52,470 nucleotides of DNA from an uncultured Candidatus Saccharibacteria bacterium (GCA_964601125.1 CAZRKB010000002.1:1-52470); one strand, 5' to 3'; positions 26,639 through 36,169 are shown, numbered from the stretch's first letter. Translations and numbers: made by a program. Notes: generated by a model not told the origin, from the letters alone.

Positions 26639-26890
26639 GTGCTTTTCTTCTACGCTTCGTGGTGTCCGTACTGTAGGTCGGCTGAAAATGACATAAACAA
26701 AAATCTATCCCAAATTCCTGATGGGGTGTATATTTTAAAAACCAATTATGATAGCGAAATCGCTCTCAGGCAAAAATACGGTGTCACTTACCAACACACT
26801 TTTGTCCAAGTCGACTCTTCTGGTAACCTTATAAAAAAGTGGTCTGGTTCTGAGACATTATCCGACATTCTTGCTAATATTGATAAATGA
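26639..26890 (+). CDS. Thioredoxin-like protein (WCPYC). Possibly a frameshifted gene that starts at ATG 26610.
   Basis: FFYASWCPYC active site. The ORF starts at GTG. ATG 26610 overlaps the msrB stop (ATGA) but is in another frame. Confidence 0.55.
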   Translation: MLFFYASWCPYCRSAENDINKNLSQIPDGVYILKTNYDSEIALRQKYGVTYQHTFVQVDSSGNLIKKWSGSETLSDILANIDK

Positions 26891-28680
26891 TTTTCTTTAT
26901 CATTTCTCTTATTGCCGGATTTTTAACAGTTTTAACACCGTGTGTGTTACCAATATTACCGGTTGTTCTGGGGAGTTCAGTTGTTGGGGGCGGACAAACA
27001 AATAGGAAGAAAACTTTCGTGGTCATAGGTTCTTTGGTGGCTTCAATTTTTGCTTTCACTTTTCTTCTGCGGGTTTCCACTGCGTTTATCATGGTGCCTC
27101 CAGATTTTTGGACATATCTGTCTGGGGCCATAATTTTTATTTTTGGACTCTCTCTCGTTTGGCCGAATTTGTGGAGTAAGCTATCGAGCTCTTTATTTAC
27201 TAAATCAAACCAGCTTCTAAATGAGAGTTTTCAAAAAAGAGACAGGTGGTGGGGAGATGTTGCTCTCGGTGCTTCCTTGGGCCCAATTTTTACCACTTGT
27301 AGCCCAACCTTTTTTGTGATTTTGGCAACCGTTCTTCCGGCTAGCCTTACTCAGGGCGTTATCTATCTTGTTGCATATTGCGCAGGTTTAGCTCTAGCCC
27401 TCATCCTGATCGCTTTTCTTGGGCAAAAGATCCTGCTCAAATTTTCTGCAATAGCTGACCCTAATGGCAACTTCAAAAAAGTTTTGGGTTGGGTTTTTCT
27501 CGTTCTCGCTGTACTTATAGCCAGTGGAGCAATAAAAAAGATTGAAACAAAAATACTAGATGCGGGTTTCTTTGATTTCACAAAGATAGAGAGGAGCATC
27601 ACTGATTTTCTAAGCTCATCAAAAAATGATGGATTAAATCAAAATCAGACAGGGGAGGCTGGTAACACAGGCCAGACAAATACCAACACGAATATTACTA
27701 AAAACAATACGAGTACAACTAAAAAGAACGATGTACTTTTTAAATACAAAGAAATCATCAATCCTTCGGGATTTGTAAATTCAGGAGAATTCCAACTTAA
27801 AGATTTGATAGGTAAAAAAGTGGTGTTGCTAGATTTTATGACGTATTCCTGCATTAACTGTCAACGAACCTTTCCATATCTGAATGCTTGGTACCAGAAA
27901 TATAAAGATGAAGGTCTTGAAATTGTCGGTATTCATACGCCCGAATTCGCTTTTGAAAAAAATATAGAAAATGTAAAGAAGGCTGCTTTAGAGTTTGAAC
28001 TCGAGTTTCCGATTGTTTTAGACAATGATTACGGTACGTGGGGTAATTACAGCAATCGTTTTTGGCCAAGAAAATATTTGATCGATATAAATGGAAATGT
28101 GGTTTACGATCATATCGGTGAAGGTGGTTATGAAGAAACTGAAGATAAAATCGTACAACTACTAAAAGAAAGAGCGGCCATCATGGGTACTCACGTTTCT
28201 GAAGATAGAGTTTCTGTGCCCGAATACTCGATTTACTCCAGGAGCCCTGAGACTTATTTTGGCGCATGGAGAAATGAAAATTTTGGCAACGGCACACCAA
28301 AAATAACAGGCGAACAAACTCTTTCTGTGCCGAGCAGTATTTCTGCCAACAAATTCTACTTAGATAAGACATGGAATATCACTGCAGAATATGCTGAAAA
28401 CGTAAATGCCCCAGCAAGCCTCAAATTCAAATTTGATGCTAAGGAGGTTTACATGGTTGCATCAGGAGACACTGATTTAAATGAAAAGGAGATAGAGGTT
28501 TACCTTGATGGTTCTATGGTGTCTCTAAATAATTCTGGTGGAGACGTCAGTATGGGCAAGTTAAAAATAAAAGATTCAAAACTTTACCATCTCATATCTC
28601 TGCCCGTAGCCGGCGAGCATGTTCTTGAAATTATTTTCAAAAATCCCACCACTCGCATATACACTTTCACCTTTGGGTAA
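26887..28680 (+). CDS. DipZ-like fusion: CcdA/DsbD-family membrane electron-transfer domain + thioredoxin-like (TlpA/AhpC-TSA) domain + C-terminal beta-sandwich.
   Basis: LTPCVLPILPVVLG (CcdA motif), about 6 TM, an Asn/Thr-rich linker, then YSCINCQRTFP...IVGIHTPEFAFEKN...FWPRKYLID. Confidence 0.75.
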   Translation: MIFFIISLIAGFLTVLTPCVLPILPVVLGSSVVGGGQTNRKKTFVVIGSLVASIFAFTFLLRVSTAFIMVPPDFWTYLSGAIIFIFGLSLVWPNLWSKLSSSLFTKSNQLLNESFQKRDRWWGDVALGASLGPIFTTCSPTFFVILATVLPASLTQGVIYLVAYCAGLALALILIAFLGQKILLKFSAIADPNGNFKKVLGWVFLVLAVLIASGAIKKIETKILDAGFFDFTKIERSITDFLSSSKNDGLNQNQTGEAGNTGQTNTNTNITKNNTSTTKKNDVLFKYKEIINPSGFVNSGEFQLKDLIGKKVVLLDFMTYSCINCQRTFPYLNAWYQKYKDEGLEIVGIHTPEFAFEKNIENVKKAALEFELEFPIVLDNDYGTWGNYSNRFWPRKYLIDINGNVVYDHIGEGGYEETEDKIVQLLKERAAIMGTHVSEDRVSVPEYSIYSRSPETYFGAWRNENFGNGTPKITGEQTLSVPSSISANKFYLDKTWNITAEYAENVNAPASLKFKFDAKEVYMVASGDTDLNEKEIEVYLDGSMVSLNNSGGDVSMGKLKIKDSKLYHLISLPVAGEHVLEIIFKNPTTRIYTFTFG

Positions 28681-28700
28681 AATATGCTAAATTTGGAGTC

Positions 28701-29339
28701 ATGAAATCAATATATTGGGCCGTTGGTGTTGTGGTGGTTTTGGGCGGAATTTATTTTTTGTTTAAAAGTGGTGTAGCTAAAGTCGAGCCGCCATTTCAGG
28801 TTGGGGTAATCCACCCGCTTGACCAGGTGAAAGGTAATGCAAGCTCAACTGTCATATTGACTGAGTATAGCGACTTTCAGTGTCCTGCATGCCGTACATA
28901 TTACCCAGTGCTTAGGGAAATTGTAACTGAGTATGGAGACAGGATAGCCCTGGTTTATAGACATTTTCCTCTTTTAAGCATTCATCCAAATGCGGAGTTC
29001 GCTGCGAGGGCTGCTGAGGCCGCTGGCAAGCAAGGCAAGTTTTGGGAAATGCACGATCTTCTTTTTGAAAAACAAAATGAATGGTCCGGTGTTTCTGACA
29101 TAGTATCAACTTTCAGATCATACGCTACTCTTTTAGGTATATCAGTTGATCAATTTGAAGTTGATTTTAGATCAAAAGAAGTGAAAGATTTGGTTACAGC
29201 CGAAAGGGTACACGCTCTACGTTTGGGGATTCAGGGCACGCCATCTTTTTTCATAAATGGCTCGCAAATTAAAAATCCAAATTCAGTTGAAGAATTCAGA
29301 TCAATCATAGAAAGCGCTCTATCTCAATCTGGCAACTAG
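28701..29339 (+). CDS. DsbA-family thiol:disulfide oxidoreductase, membrane-anchored.
   Basis: TM anchor. EYSDFQCPACRTYY. Paralogous to 22648..23367. Confidence 0.75.
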   Translation: MKSIYWAVGVVVVLGGIYFLFKSGVAKVEPPFQVGVIHPLDQVKGNASSTVILTEYSDFQCPACRTYYPVLREIVTEYGDRIALVYRHFPLLSIHPNAEFAARAAEAAGKQGKFWEMHDLLFEKQNEWSGVSDIVSTFRSYATLLGISVDQFEVDFRSKEVKDLVTAERVHALRLGIQGTPSFFINGSQIKNPNSVEEFRSIIESALSQSGN

Positions 29340-29413
29340 TTGGGCTGGAAATTAAATCTAATCAACAGTTTTTGTTTGGAAGAATTTTGTTTCTAGGTTT
29401 ATAATTTAGTGCA

Positions 29414-29713
29414 ATGGATTATTCGGAAATTTATTTTGCTGTCGCTACGATCTCTACTATTGTGGTGGCTGGACTCGTTGCGCTCATTTTATTATACGCT
29501 ATCTCTATACTTTACGATGTTAAGAGGCTATCGAAGATAGCCAAAAAGGAAGCTGAAATAATCGCCAAAGGTTTTGAAAAAAGCGCTGATATTTTTGGTG
29601 TTGAACTATCTAACGAAACTGCAGCTTTTGTAAAAACAGTCTTTGCTTTGCTGCTTTCTTACTTTGCTCCCAAAGGAAGGGCTAGTGTTACAAAGAGGAA
29701 ACTTAAGGTTTAG
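29414..29713 (+). CDS. Hypothetical small membrane protein.
   Basis: 99-aa ORF with an N-terminal TM. Confidence 0.4.
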   Translation: MDYSEIYFAVATISTIVVAGLVALILLYAISILYDVKRLSKIAKKEAEIIAKGFEKSADIFGVELSNETAAFVKTVFALLLSYFAPKGRASVTKRKLKV

Positions 29714-30864
29714 CGAGTATCTTTTTTGGGTACAAACAGGGTCCCAAGTAGGGCAAACCCTGCTAAGAAGTAGAAAGAAGTAGAGTAGGAAAACCAAAAA
29801 ACTATTGGCAACGCTACTACTGGCGCTGCTATGAGTGAAAATGGGCGAGCCATGCGGAATATACTGATAAGTCCCGTGTCGTCCTCCTTTACATGTTTAA
29901 AGAAATAACTTTCGCTTGATATTTCAACCAAACTGGCTCCTATGCGAGTGACGAATAATATGCTGGCCCAAACTGCGAACATTGGTAATTTGATTAGTGG
30001 AATCAGGGCGGTTGAAACAGCCATTATTATGAAGCCTGTGGTCAAGATTTCTTTCTCTCCAAATTTTTTGTCTCCTAAAAGTCCTGCGGGCAATTCGAAA
30101 ATAAGGTAGGGAATAAGCATGATGGTAAAAATAATTCCGATTTTGTCCCAATCAAAACCTATCTCGCGATTTAAAAGAAGGGGGAGATAAATAAGCATCC
30201 AAGCAAAGTAAAACTGCAAGCTAAACTGTGCTCCGATTGCGCGAGCCTTATCTCCGTGTTTTTTTAATGATTTTAATGTTTCTATAAAGCTTCCGTTGAT
30301 GGGGCTTGCTCTTTGGGTGTTTTTAAAAAAAATAACTCCTATAATAATCAGCGGCAAGAGCGCCAAAGCTGACAAATAATATACGCTACTAAAATCATTA
30401 TTTTTTACCAAGAAAGAAAGAGCTATGGGGGAGAGAACCCAAGCAACATTTTGTGTTGTAAGAAATATACCCCGGTTGCTGCCTGTAATATTCTCTTTTT
30501 TTGTTTCTGCCTCTAAACTCAGGTCGAGGGAGAGGTATAGTATTGATTCTGCTGATTGATGTAGTAAAAAGGCCAAGAATATAAAATAAGCTAGGGTAAA
30601 ATTACCCATACTAAATACTGCAAACATTTCAAGTGTGGCAAAGAATGCAAGTACGATCTTATTTCCGAATTTACGCAAAATAAATGGAGCCAAAATCAAA
30701 CTGCCGATACTTAGAGAAGAACCCAATACATAAAGCAGGCTAATTCCTTTGTCCCCGATGAATTGTTTAAGTAGGGAAGAGTTTACGTAAGCGACAGAGG
30801 CGTAATGCACGGCAAGTAAAAACCCTCCAGCATAGACTGCCCAAATTCGTTTACCTAAATTCAT
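29710..30864 (-). CDS. MFS-type transporter.
   Basis: About 12 predicted TM in 384 aa. Typical MFS loop G..LGDKKFG. Confidence 0.65.
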   Translation of the reverse strand: MNLGKRIWAVYAGGFLLAVHYASVAYVNSSLLKQFIGDKGISLLYVLGSSLSIGSLILAPFILRKFGNKIVLAFFATLEMFAVFSMGNFTLAYFIFLAFLLHQSAESILYLSLDLSLEAETKKENITGSNRGIFLTTQNVAWVLSPIALSFLVKNNDFSSVYYLSALALLPLIIIGVIFFKNTQRASPINGSFIETLKSLKKHGDKARAIGAQFSLQFYFAWMLIYLPLLLNREIGFDWDKIGIIFTIMLIPYLIFELPAGLLGDKKFGEKEILTTGFIIMAVSTALIPLIKLPMFAVWASILFVTRIGASLVEISSESYFFKHVKEDDTGLISIFRMARPFSLIAAPVVALPIVFWFSYSTSFYFLAGFALLGTLFVPKKDTR

Positions 30865-30912
30865 AAGTACTAATTGTACTTTAGAATAGCAGAAACTAAA
30901 AACCCCATAATT

Positions 30913-30956
30913 AACCCCACCCTCGCTTCGCTCGCCCTCCCCTTGTCAGGGGAGGG
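30913..30956. repeat. Left terminal repeat of the DUF559 cassette (aaccccaccc ... hairpin ccctcccc-ttgtca-ggggaggg).
   Basis: Matches the reverse complements of 31350-31396 and 32005-32051. Confidence 0.8.
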
Positions 30957-30980
30957 AAAACCGCGATACTCTAGAGTATA

Positions 30981-31331
30981 ATGATCAGACTTCACAACAT
31001 ACAAAGATTGCTTGAACGCAGAAAAGAATTAAGAAAAAATCCGACTCCCCAAGAAGAAAAATTGTGGTGGTATTTGAAAGACAAAAGACTAGGAATTAAG
31101 TTTAGAAGGCAACACGGTATAGGAGGATATATCGTTGATTTCTATTGCAAAGAAAAAAACTTAATAATTGAGCTAGATGGGCAGGTACACAGCAAGAAAG
31201 AAGCAAAAGAATACGATTTAGTTAGAGACAGATTTCTCAGAGAACTTGGTTTTAAAATTTTGAGATTTAAAAATTCAGAGATTGAAGAAAATGTTGAGGA
31301 AGTACTGAAGAAAATAAAAACTTTTTTATAG
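30981..31331 (+). CDS. DUF559 (Vsr/restriction-endonuclease-fold) domain protein.
   Basis: LRKNPTPQEEKLWWYLKDKRLGIKFRRQHGIGGYIVDFYC...IELDGQVH matches the remembered DUF559 pattern. Confidence 0.8.
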   Translation: MIRLHNIQRLLERRKELRKNPTPQEEKLWWYLKDKRLGIKFRRQHGIGGYIVDFYCKEKNLIIELDGQVHSKKEAKEYDLVRDRFLRELGFKILRFKNSEIEENVEEVLKKIKTFL

Positions 31332-31349
31332 AGTGTATGCTCGCGCCTT

Positions 31350-31396
31350 CCCTCCCCTGACAAGGGGAGGGTGCCCGTAATCGGGCGGGTGGGGTT
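31350..31396. repeat. Inverted copy of the cassette terminal repeat (hairpin ccctcccc-tgacaa-ggggaggg ... gggtggggtt).
   Basis: The reverse complement shares the terminal 10-mer and the 22-nt hairpin with 30913-30956. The spacer differs. Confidence 0.8.
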
Positions 31397-31405
31397 TAAA
31401 AACAA

Positions 31406-31435
31406 ATTGGCGCGAACAGAGATGTTCGCGCCAAT
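31406..31435. terminator. Bidirectional hairpin (attggcgcgaac-agagat-gttcgcgccaat).
   Basis: 12-bp perfect stem between convergent ORFs. Confidence 0.6.
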
Positions 31436-31467
31436 CACATTGTGTACATCGCTACCCGCTTCTTGTT

Positions 31468-31917
31468 TTAGAGCTTTGCTCTCGATGACTCGAAAAACTC
31501 CGAATCATCATCTAGTGGCGGATCTCCACGAAGTTGGATACCTTGCTTCTGCCGTTGCCGGAGCGCAAGGCGCTCTCGAATTGGCTTTGTGGCAAACTGC
31601 CACCGTGTTACAACCATCCCACCCCATTTCCTGATCGTGCCGTTGCCTGCGTAGAATGCAATGTTCAACGCCGCAAGAAAGAAGATTATGGTGCTGAATG
31701 TGTATCGGAGGAAGTACTGGGTTGCCTCCGATTCAACCAACGGAATCAATTCGTTGCCGTTTTTTACTGGGCTAGCCCAGGTCAGGTCGGCGAACTGGTC
31801 GTTGACCCAATAGATCAATTCGTCATGAAAATCGACGAACTCTCCATTGGTTGGGACCGTTGAGATCCCGAAAACCGCAAGCCAAAGGCTCACGACAAGC
31901 AGATTAAACTTTTTCAT
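31468..31917 (-). CDS. Hypothetical membrane/secreted protein (149 aa).
   Basis: Signal-like N-terminus KKFNLLVVSLWLAVFGIS. Lies between repeat copies 2 and 3. Confidence 0.45.
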   Translation of the reverse strand: MKKFNLLVVSLWLAVFGISTVPTNGEFVDFHDELIYWVNDQFADLTWASPVKNGNELIPLVESEATQYFLRYTFSTIIFFLAALNIAFYAGNGTIRKWGGMVVTRWQFATKPIRERLALRQRQKQGIQLRGDPPLDDDSEFFESSRAKL

Positions 31918-32004
31918 CGAACCTCCTACCTTAGATTATAGCAAATATAGGATATAAAGTCAATAGTAAAAATATGGCTTAAAATAATGGTCTGTCCTGG
32001 TTTT

Positions 32005-32051
32005 CCCTCCCCTGAACAAGGAGAGGGTCGAGCGGAGCGAGGGGTGGGGTT
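32005..32051. repeat. Third copy of the terminal repeat, and the best inverted match to the 30913-30956 spacer.
   Basis: The reverse complement reads aaccccacccc-tcgctccgctcga-ccctctcc-ttgttca-ggggaggg. Confidence 0.75.
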
Positions 32052-32052
32052 T

Positions 32053-33930
32053 TTACACCCCCAAGACGACTGGAATTACAATCGGATGTTTTGCTGTTTT
32101 TTGGAAGAGGAAACGGCCAACGGCATCCGAAACATTATTTTTAATGAGATCGAAGTTGATCGGATTCATACCGCGTGTCGTCTCCTCAACATTCTTTTTG
32201 ATGATAAGGCGAGTCTGGTTTAGAAGATCTTGTGATTCGCGAAGGTAAATAAACCCTCTTGATATAAGATCAGGAGATTTACGGAGCCTGCCTGTCTTTA
32301 AGTCTAAAATGGCTACAATTACAAACATGCCATCATCAGCGAGCATTTTCCTGTCTCTGAGTACAACTTCCTGCACGTCGCCGATAGCGAAACCATCAAC
32401 TGTGACCAAATCGCTCGGAGCTTTTTCCTTAAGTATTTTTATTTTCTGGCCATTGTCATAAATTTCTACGACTGAACCGTTGTCTGGTATTACGACGTTT
32501 TCTTTCGGTGTCCCTAAAGATTGAGAAAGTTCAGCGTGTTGGCATAGCATGTAGTGATTGCCGTGGACGGGCATGAAGAATTTATATTTTATGTGTTGAT
32601 GTATCCACTTTAGCTCGTCTCTGTTACCGTGTCCTGACGCGTGAATATCAGAGTCAAGGTAAGTCACCACTTTGGCTTCAGATCGATAGAGGTTATCTTT
32701 TAACTTAACGATTGCCTTATGGTTTGTGGGAATAATCGACGATGATAACAGGATCGTGTCTGTTGGCTTAAGCCGAACATGCTTGTGGGTCTTGTTTGCT
32801 ATACGCATAAGAGCGGCAAACTCTTCACCCTGAGCGCCAGTTACCAGCATCACTATCCTGTCTGGCGGGTAGTTTTCTATTTCTTCTATCGGGATAACAT
32901 TTTTGATTTCAGCGAGTTTGAGCTGCTTGATTATCTCAAGGTTGGTTTTCATGCTCCTGCCCTCAACCGCGATTTTTTTGTTGTATTTTTCAGCAGTTTT
33001 TATGATTGAAATTATTCTTTCTACCTGAGAAGCAAATGTGCCGATAATAAGGCGTGCCTTCGTTTCTTTTATAAATCGCTCTATGTTTTCGGCGACCACA
33101 TTTTCTGAAAGCGAGAAGCCTTGTTTCTCTATACTGGTAGAGTCCATAGTAAGCAGAAGCACATTCATGTCTTTAAATCTTTCATACTGCCTCTCTTCTT
33201 CCTCAGTTGGCACTCCTTTTACATTGTCCACTCTGACATCCTCAATAAAAACAATATTGCCAAAAGGTGTTTCGATAATGAGCCCCATGGAATCAGGGAT
33301 GGTGTGAGAAATGGGGAATGTAGATACTTTTATTTTGCCGCAAATAATTTTTTCATCACCCTCTATAACTTTTATGTCGAGCGGCTTTAGATGAGGGAAT
33401 TCTTCCTGCCTTTTTTTGATCATTATGGCTCCAAATTGTCTGGTGTAGACTGTCGGGTAGCCTATGCGGTCCATGATATAAGGCACGCCGCCTATGTGAT
33501 CTAGGTGTCCATGAGTTATAAACAGCCCCCGGATTTTATCCTGCCTCTCTTCCAAATATCTTGTATTTGGCAATATATAGTCAATGCCTGGAGAGTCTTC
33601 GTCTTTAAATTGAAAACCTGCGTCTACTATTATGATATCGTCACCGATTTCTATGGCTGTCATGTTTCGCCCGATCTCTTCTACTCCACCTAGTGGTACA
33701 ATGCGTATGTTTTCGCCAACCCCGGGTATTACGGCTGATTCTTTGGTTTTCGTTTGGTTTTCTTTGGTTGGGCCTGTTTTGCGCTGGCCAGCAAATCTGC
33801 TACTTCTGTTTACAAAGCGTTTACGCGGAAAACTAGAAACACTTTTTCTTGGCGTTGAAGTTTTTTTATTAACGGTGCTTTCAGTTGCATGAAAGCTTCT
33901 TATAACTCGATGTCTATTATTTTCAGGCAT
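32053..33930 (-). CDS. rnj: Ribonuclease J with a basic N-terminal extension of about 75 aa.
   Basis: Metallo-beta-lactamase motif ITHGHLDHIGG, beta-CASP region and HASGH motif. 625 aa. Confidence 0.85.
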   Translation of the reverse strand: MPENNRHRVIRSFHATESTVNKKTSTPRKSVSSFPRKRFVNRSSRFAGQRKTGPTKENQTKTKESAVIPGVGENIRIVPLGGVEEIGRNMTAIEIGDDIIIVDAGFQFKDEDSPGIDYILPNTRYLEERQDKIRGLFITHGHLDHIGGVPYIMDRIGYPTVYTRQFGAIMIKKRQEEFPHLKPLDIKVIEGDEKIICGKIKVSTFPISHTIPDSMGLIIETPFGNIVFIEDVRVDNVKGVPTEEEERQYERFKDMNVLLLTMDSTSIEKQGFSLSENVVAENIERFIKETKARLIIGTFASQVERIISIIKTAEKYNKKIAVEGRSMKTNLEIIKQLKLAEIKNVIPIEEIENYPPDRIVMLVTGAQGEEFAALMRIANKTHKHVRLKPTDTILLSSSIIPTNHKAIVKLKDNLYRSEAKVVTYLDSDIHASGHGNRDELKWIHQHIKYKFFMPVHGNHYMLCQHAELSQSLGTPKENVVIPDNGSVVEIYDNGQKIKILKEKAPSDLVTVDGFAIGDVQEVVLRDRKMLADDGMFVIVAILDLKTGRLRKSPDLISRGFIYLRESQDLLNQTRLIIKKNVEETTRGMNPINFDLIKNNVSDAVGRFLFQKTAKHPIVIPVVLGV

Positions 33931-33948
33931 TTTTTTATTTTAATAATT

Positions 33949-35703
33949 TTAAGTTGATTTTTCTGCGAAGATGCTCCAAACTTTGTCAGTTTCTATAAAC
34001 CAGTTTTGTACTGAACCAAACCTCTCATTGGGAGAAGAAATGTTTTTAAGCGACACATTATTGACTCTGGCCGGTTTAACATAAAGCAGGCTTGGAGAAA
34101 AAAGAAACACTGCCGGTAAATCATTTTTTATTTCCTGTACCACTTCTTCTCTTTTTGCAGCCTCCTCGTCTTTGTTTGTCCCTTCGCGTATCTCTTCAAG
34201 TAATTTATCCGTGGTTATGTTTGCATAAAGAGAAATATTTAATCCTGGGTCGTTTCTTTCAGAAGAGTGCCAAAAAGGGTACAAATCGCTCCTTTCATTT
34301 ATAACTTCTCCAAACAAGAGAGCGTCATATTTTCTACCTTTTATGATGTTTTGGCTCAAATCTCCAGCTTCGAATACTTTTATATCTACTCTTGCTCCAA
34401 GTTGCTCCCACGCATTTTTTAATATAGAAGCGGCATTTTTTAATTCAGGGGAGTCGGAGGTGGTGATCGCGAAACTGAGTAGTTCGGTGCCAGATTTAGT
34501 TTTTTTTGCCAGAACCCCGTCTTCGTTTATTTGCCAACCTTTTTCCTCGAGCATTTTTTTAGCTTCCTCCAAGTCTCCCGCCGCCAATATTGGATTTGTT
34601 TCTATGTCGTTTGGTGTCGGACCGTTTAGAGGTTTGCCAAAACCGAATAAAACCTCGTCGACTATTTTTTGCTTGGGTGCAGAAGTATTTAGAGCCTCAC
34701 GAACTTCCTTGTTTACGAAAACGGCGGCAGCGTTTTGATTAAAAAAGAGTCCAAATACTCGTGGTAATGAAGTTTCTTTGGTCAAACCCACATCGATTTC
34801 TTTTGCTAAAGAGGGGCTTATGTTTATCATGCTATCAACAGATTTATCTTTGTATGCTCGGCGGAGCTCGTTTTCATTTTGGAAAAATTTTAAAGTTATA
34901 GATTTTATTTTTGGAGAACCCAAAGCGTATTTTTGGAAGGCCGAGAGAGTGATGGATGTTGGTATACCGCCTCCGTTTCTCACCACTTTTTTTATCTGAT
35001 AAGGCCCAGCGCCCACGGGGTTTATGTTAAACTCGCTGAAAGGAAATTCTTCTGAAGACGCTTTTTCCCAAATATGTTTCGGCAGTATCCCGACTGTTAG
35101 GGTTTCGAGAAAAGGGGCATATGGTTTACCTAAGGCAAATCTAACTTCTAAGTCGCTAATTTTTTCAGCTTGTACCCCAGACCAGCTTGCAGCTCTAGGA
35201 CTTTTGACTACCGGGTCGTTGATTTTGTTTATTGTAAATATGACATCGTCTGCTGTAACTCTCGTGCCATCATGGAAAAGAGCATTTTGTTTTATGGTGA
35301 AATGGTATACAGTCCCATTCTCAAGCATTTCATATGATTCTGCTAAATCAGATATCAAAGCTCCAGAATCGTCAAATTTTAAAAGTCCGGCGTACACTAA
35401 AGAAGAAATGTCTTTGTCAGTTTCAGAAATGGCCAAGATTGGATTTATGAACCTAGGAGAGCCGACTAAGCCTTCGTTGAAAGAGCCCCCAAATCCCGGA
35501 ACCTCGATCAGAAAAGTGTTGTTTACTTGGAACAGTAGAATTAAACCACTTATAGAGGAAACGAGTGCAAAAATGAGAAAAAAAACTTTCTCGGCAGGGT
35601 TCATTTTTTTAACCACCCTTTCAATCTTTAAAATGATTCCGATGTGTCGAAAATTTACAAACACTGCATTAAAAAGGGATGCTATTTTGTTGTCAGGTGT
35701 CAT
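33949..35703 (-). CDS. ABC transporter substrate-binding protein, family 5 (peptide/nickel type), membrane-anchored.
   Basis: FHDGTRVTADDVIFTINK and overall SBP_bac_5-like length. The probable real start is Met at 35604 (MNPAEKVFFLIFALV). Confidence 0.7.
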   Translation of the reverse strand: MTPDNKIASLFNAVFVNFRHIGIILKIERVVKKMNPAEKVFFLIFALVSSISGLILLFQVNNTFLIEVPGFGGSFNEGLVGSPRFINPILAISETDKDISSLVYAGLLKFDDSGALISDLAESYEMLENGTVYHFTIKQNALFHDGTRVTADDVIFTINKINDPVVKSPRAASWSGVQAEKISDLEVRFALGKPYAPFLETLTVGILPKHIWEKASSEEFPFSEFNINPVGAGPYQIKKVVRNGGGIPTSITLSAFQKYALGSPKIKSITLKFFQNENELRRAYKDKSVDSMINISPSLAKEIDVGLTKETSLPRVFGLFFNQNAAAVFVNKEVREALNTSAPKQKIVDEVLFGFGKPLNGPTPNDIETNPILAAGDLEEAKKMLEEKGWQINEDGVLAKKTKSGTELLSFAITTSDSPELKNAASILKNAWEQLGARVDIKVFEAGDLSQNIIKGRKYDALLFGEVINERSDLYPFWHSSERNDPGLNISLYANITTDKLLEEIREGTNKDEEAAKREEVVQEIKNDLPAVFLFSPSLLYVKPARVNNVSLKNISSPNERFGSVQNWFIETDKVWSIFAEKST

Positions 35704-35743
35704 TATGGATTAATTTATGGGGAGGGAGTATCGAAGCTTGTTT

Positions 35744-35956
35744 TTAGTATAGCAAATTTACTATGGATGCTCCAACGAAAAGACAGGCTATAGCTATGGT
35801 GGTTCTAAAAATCCAAAGTTCCGGCCCGCGCCTGGTCCTCGGTGCGCTGTCCATACCGCTACCTCCAAAAGCGCTACCAAGAGCACTTTCTGATTGTTGC
35901 ATGAGCACAAGGGCGCAAAGCAAAACTCCCAATATTATTTGAATATAAGCTATCAT
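35744..35956 (-). CDS. secG: Preprotein translocase subunit SecG.
   Basis: 70 aa, two TM. The LMQQSESALGSAFGGSG motif is typical of SecG. Confidence 0.8.
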   Translation of the reverse strand: MIAYIQIILGVLLCALVLMQQSESALGSAFGGSGMDSAPRTRRGPELWIFRTTIAIACLFVGASIVNLLY

Positions 35957-36074
35957 TTACGTATCAATAAGGGTGTCTTATTGCAATAAAACAAAAAGAC
36001 AACATTACGTTATGGATACAAGTGTAGCATATGTCCAACTTTTTGCAATCATCAGCCTCCAATAGCTCTGACCA

Positions 36075-36102
36075 TTGACTTTTTTTGAACTATATGTAAT
36101 AT
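36075..36102 (+). promoter_or_regulatory. Sigma70-like promoter candidate (TTGACT - 16 nt - TAATAT).
   Basis: Hexamers read directly. Located upstream of the PEP-CTERM gene. Confidence 0.35.
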
Positions 36103-36169
36103 GGTCGGGTACCTAAAAGTTGACCAAAATCGACTTACGGGTGCTAATTCTGTTCTTTGTGGAGGATGC

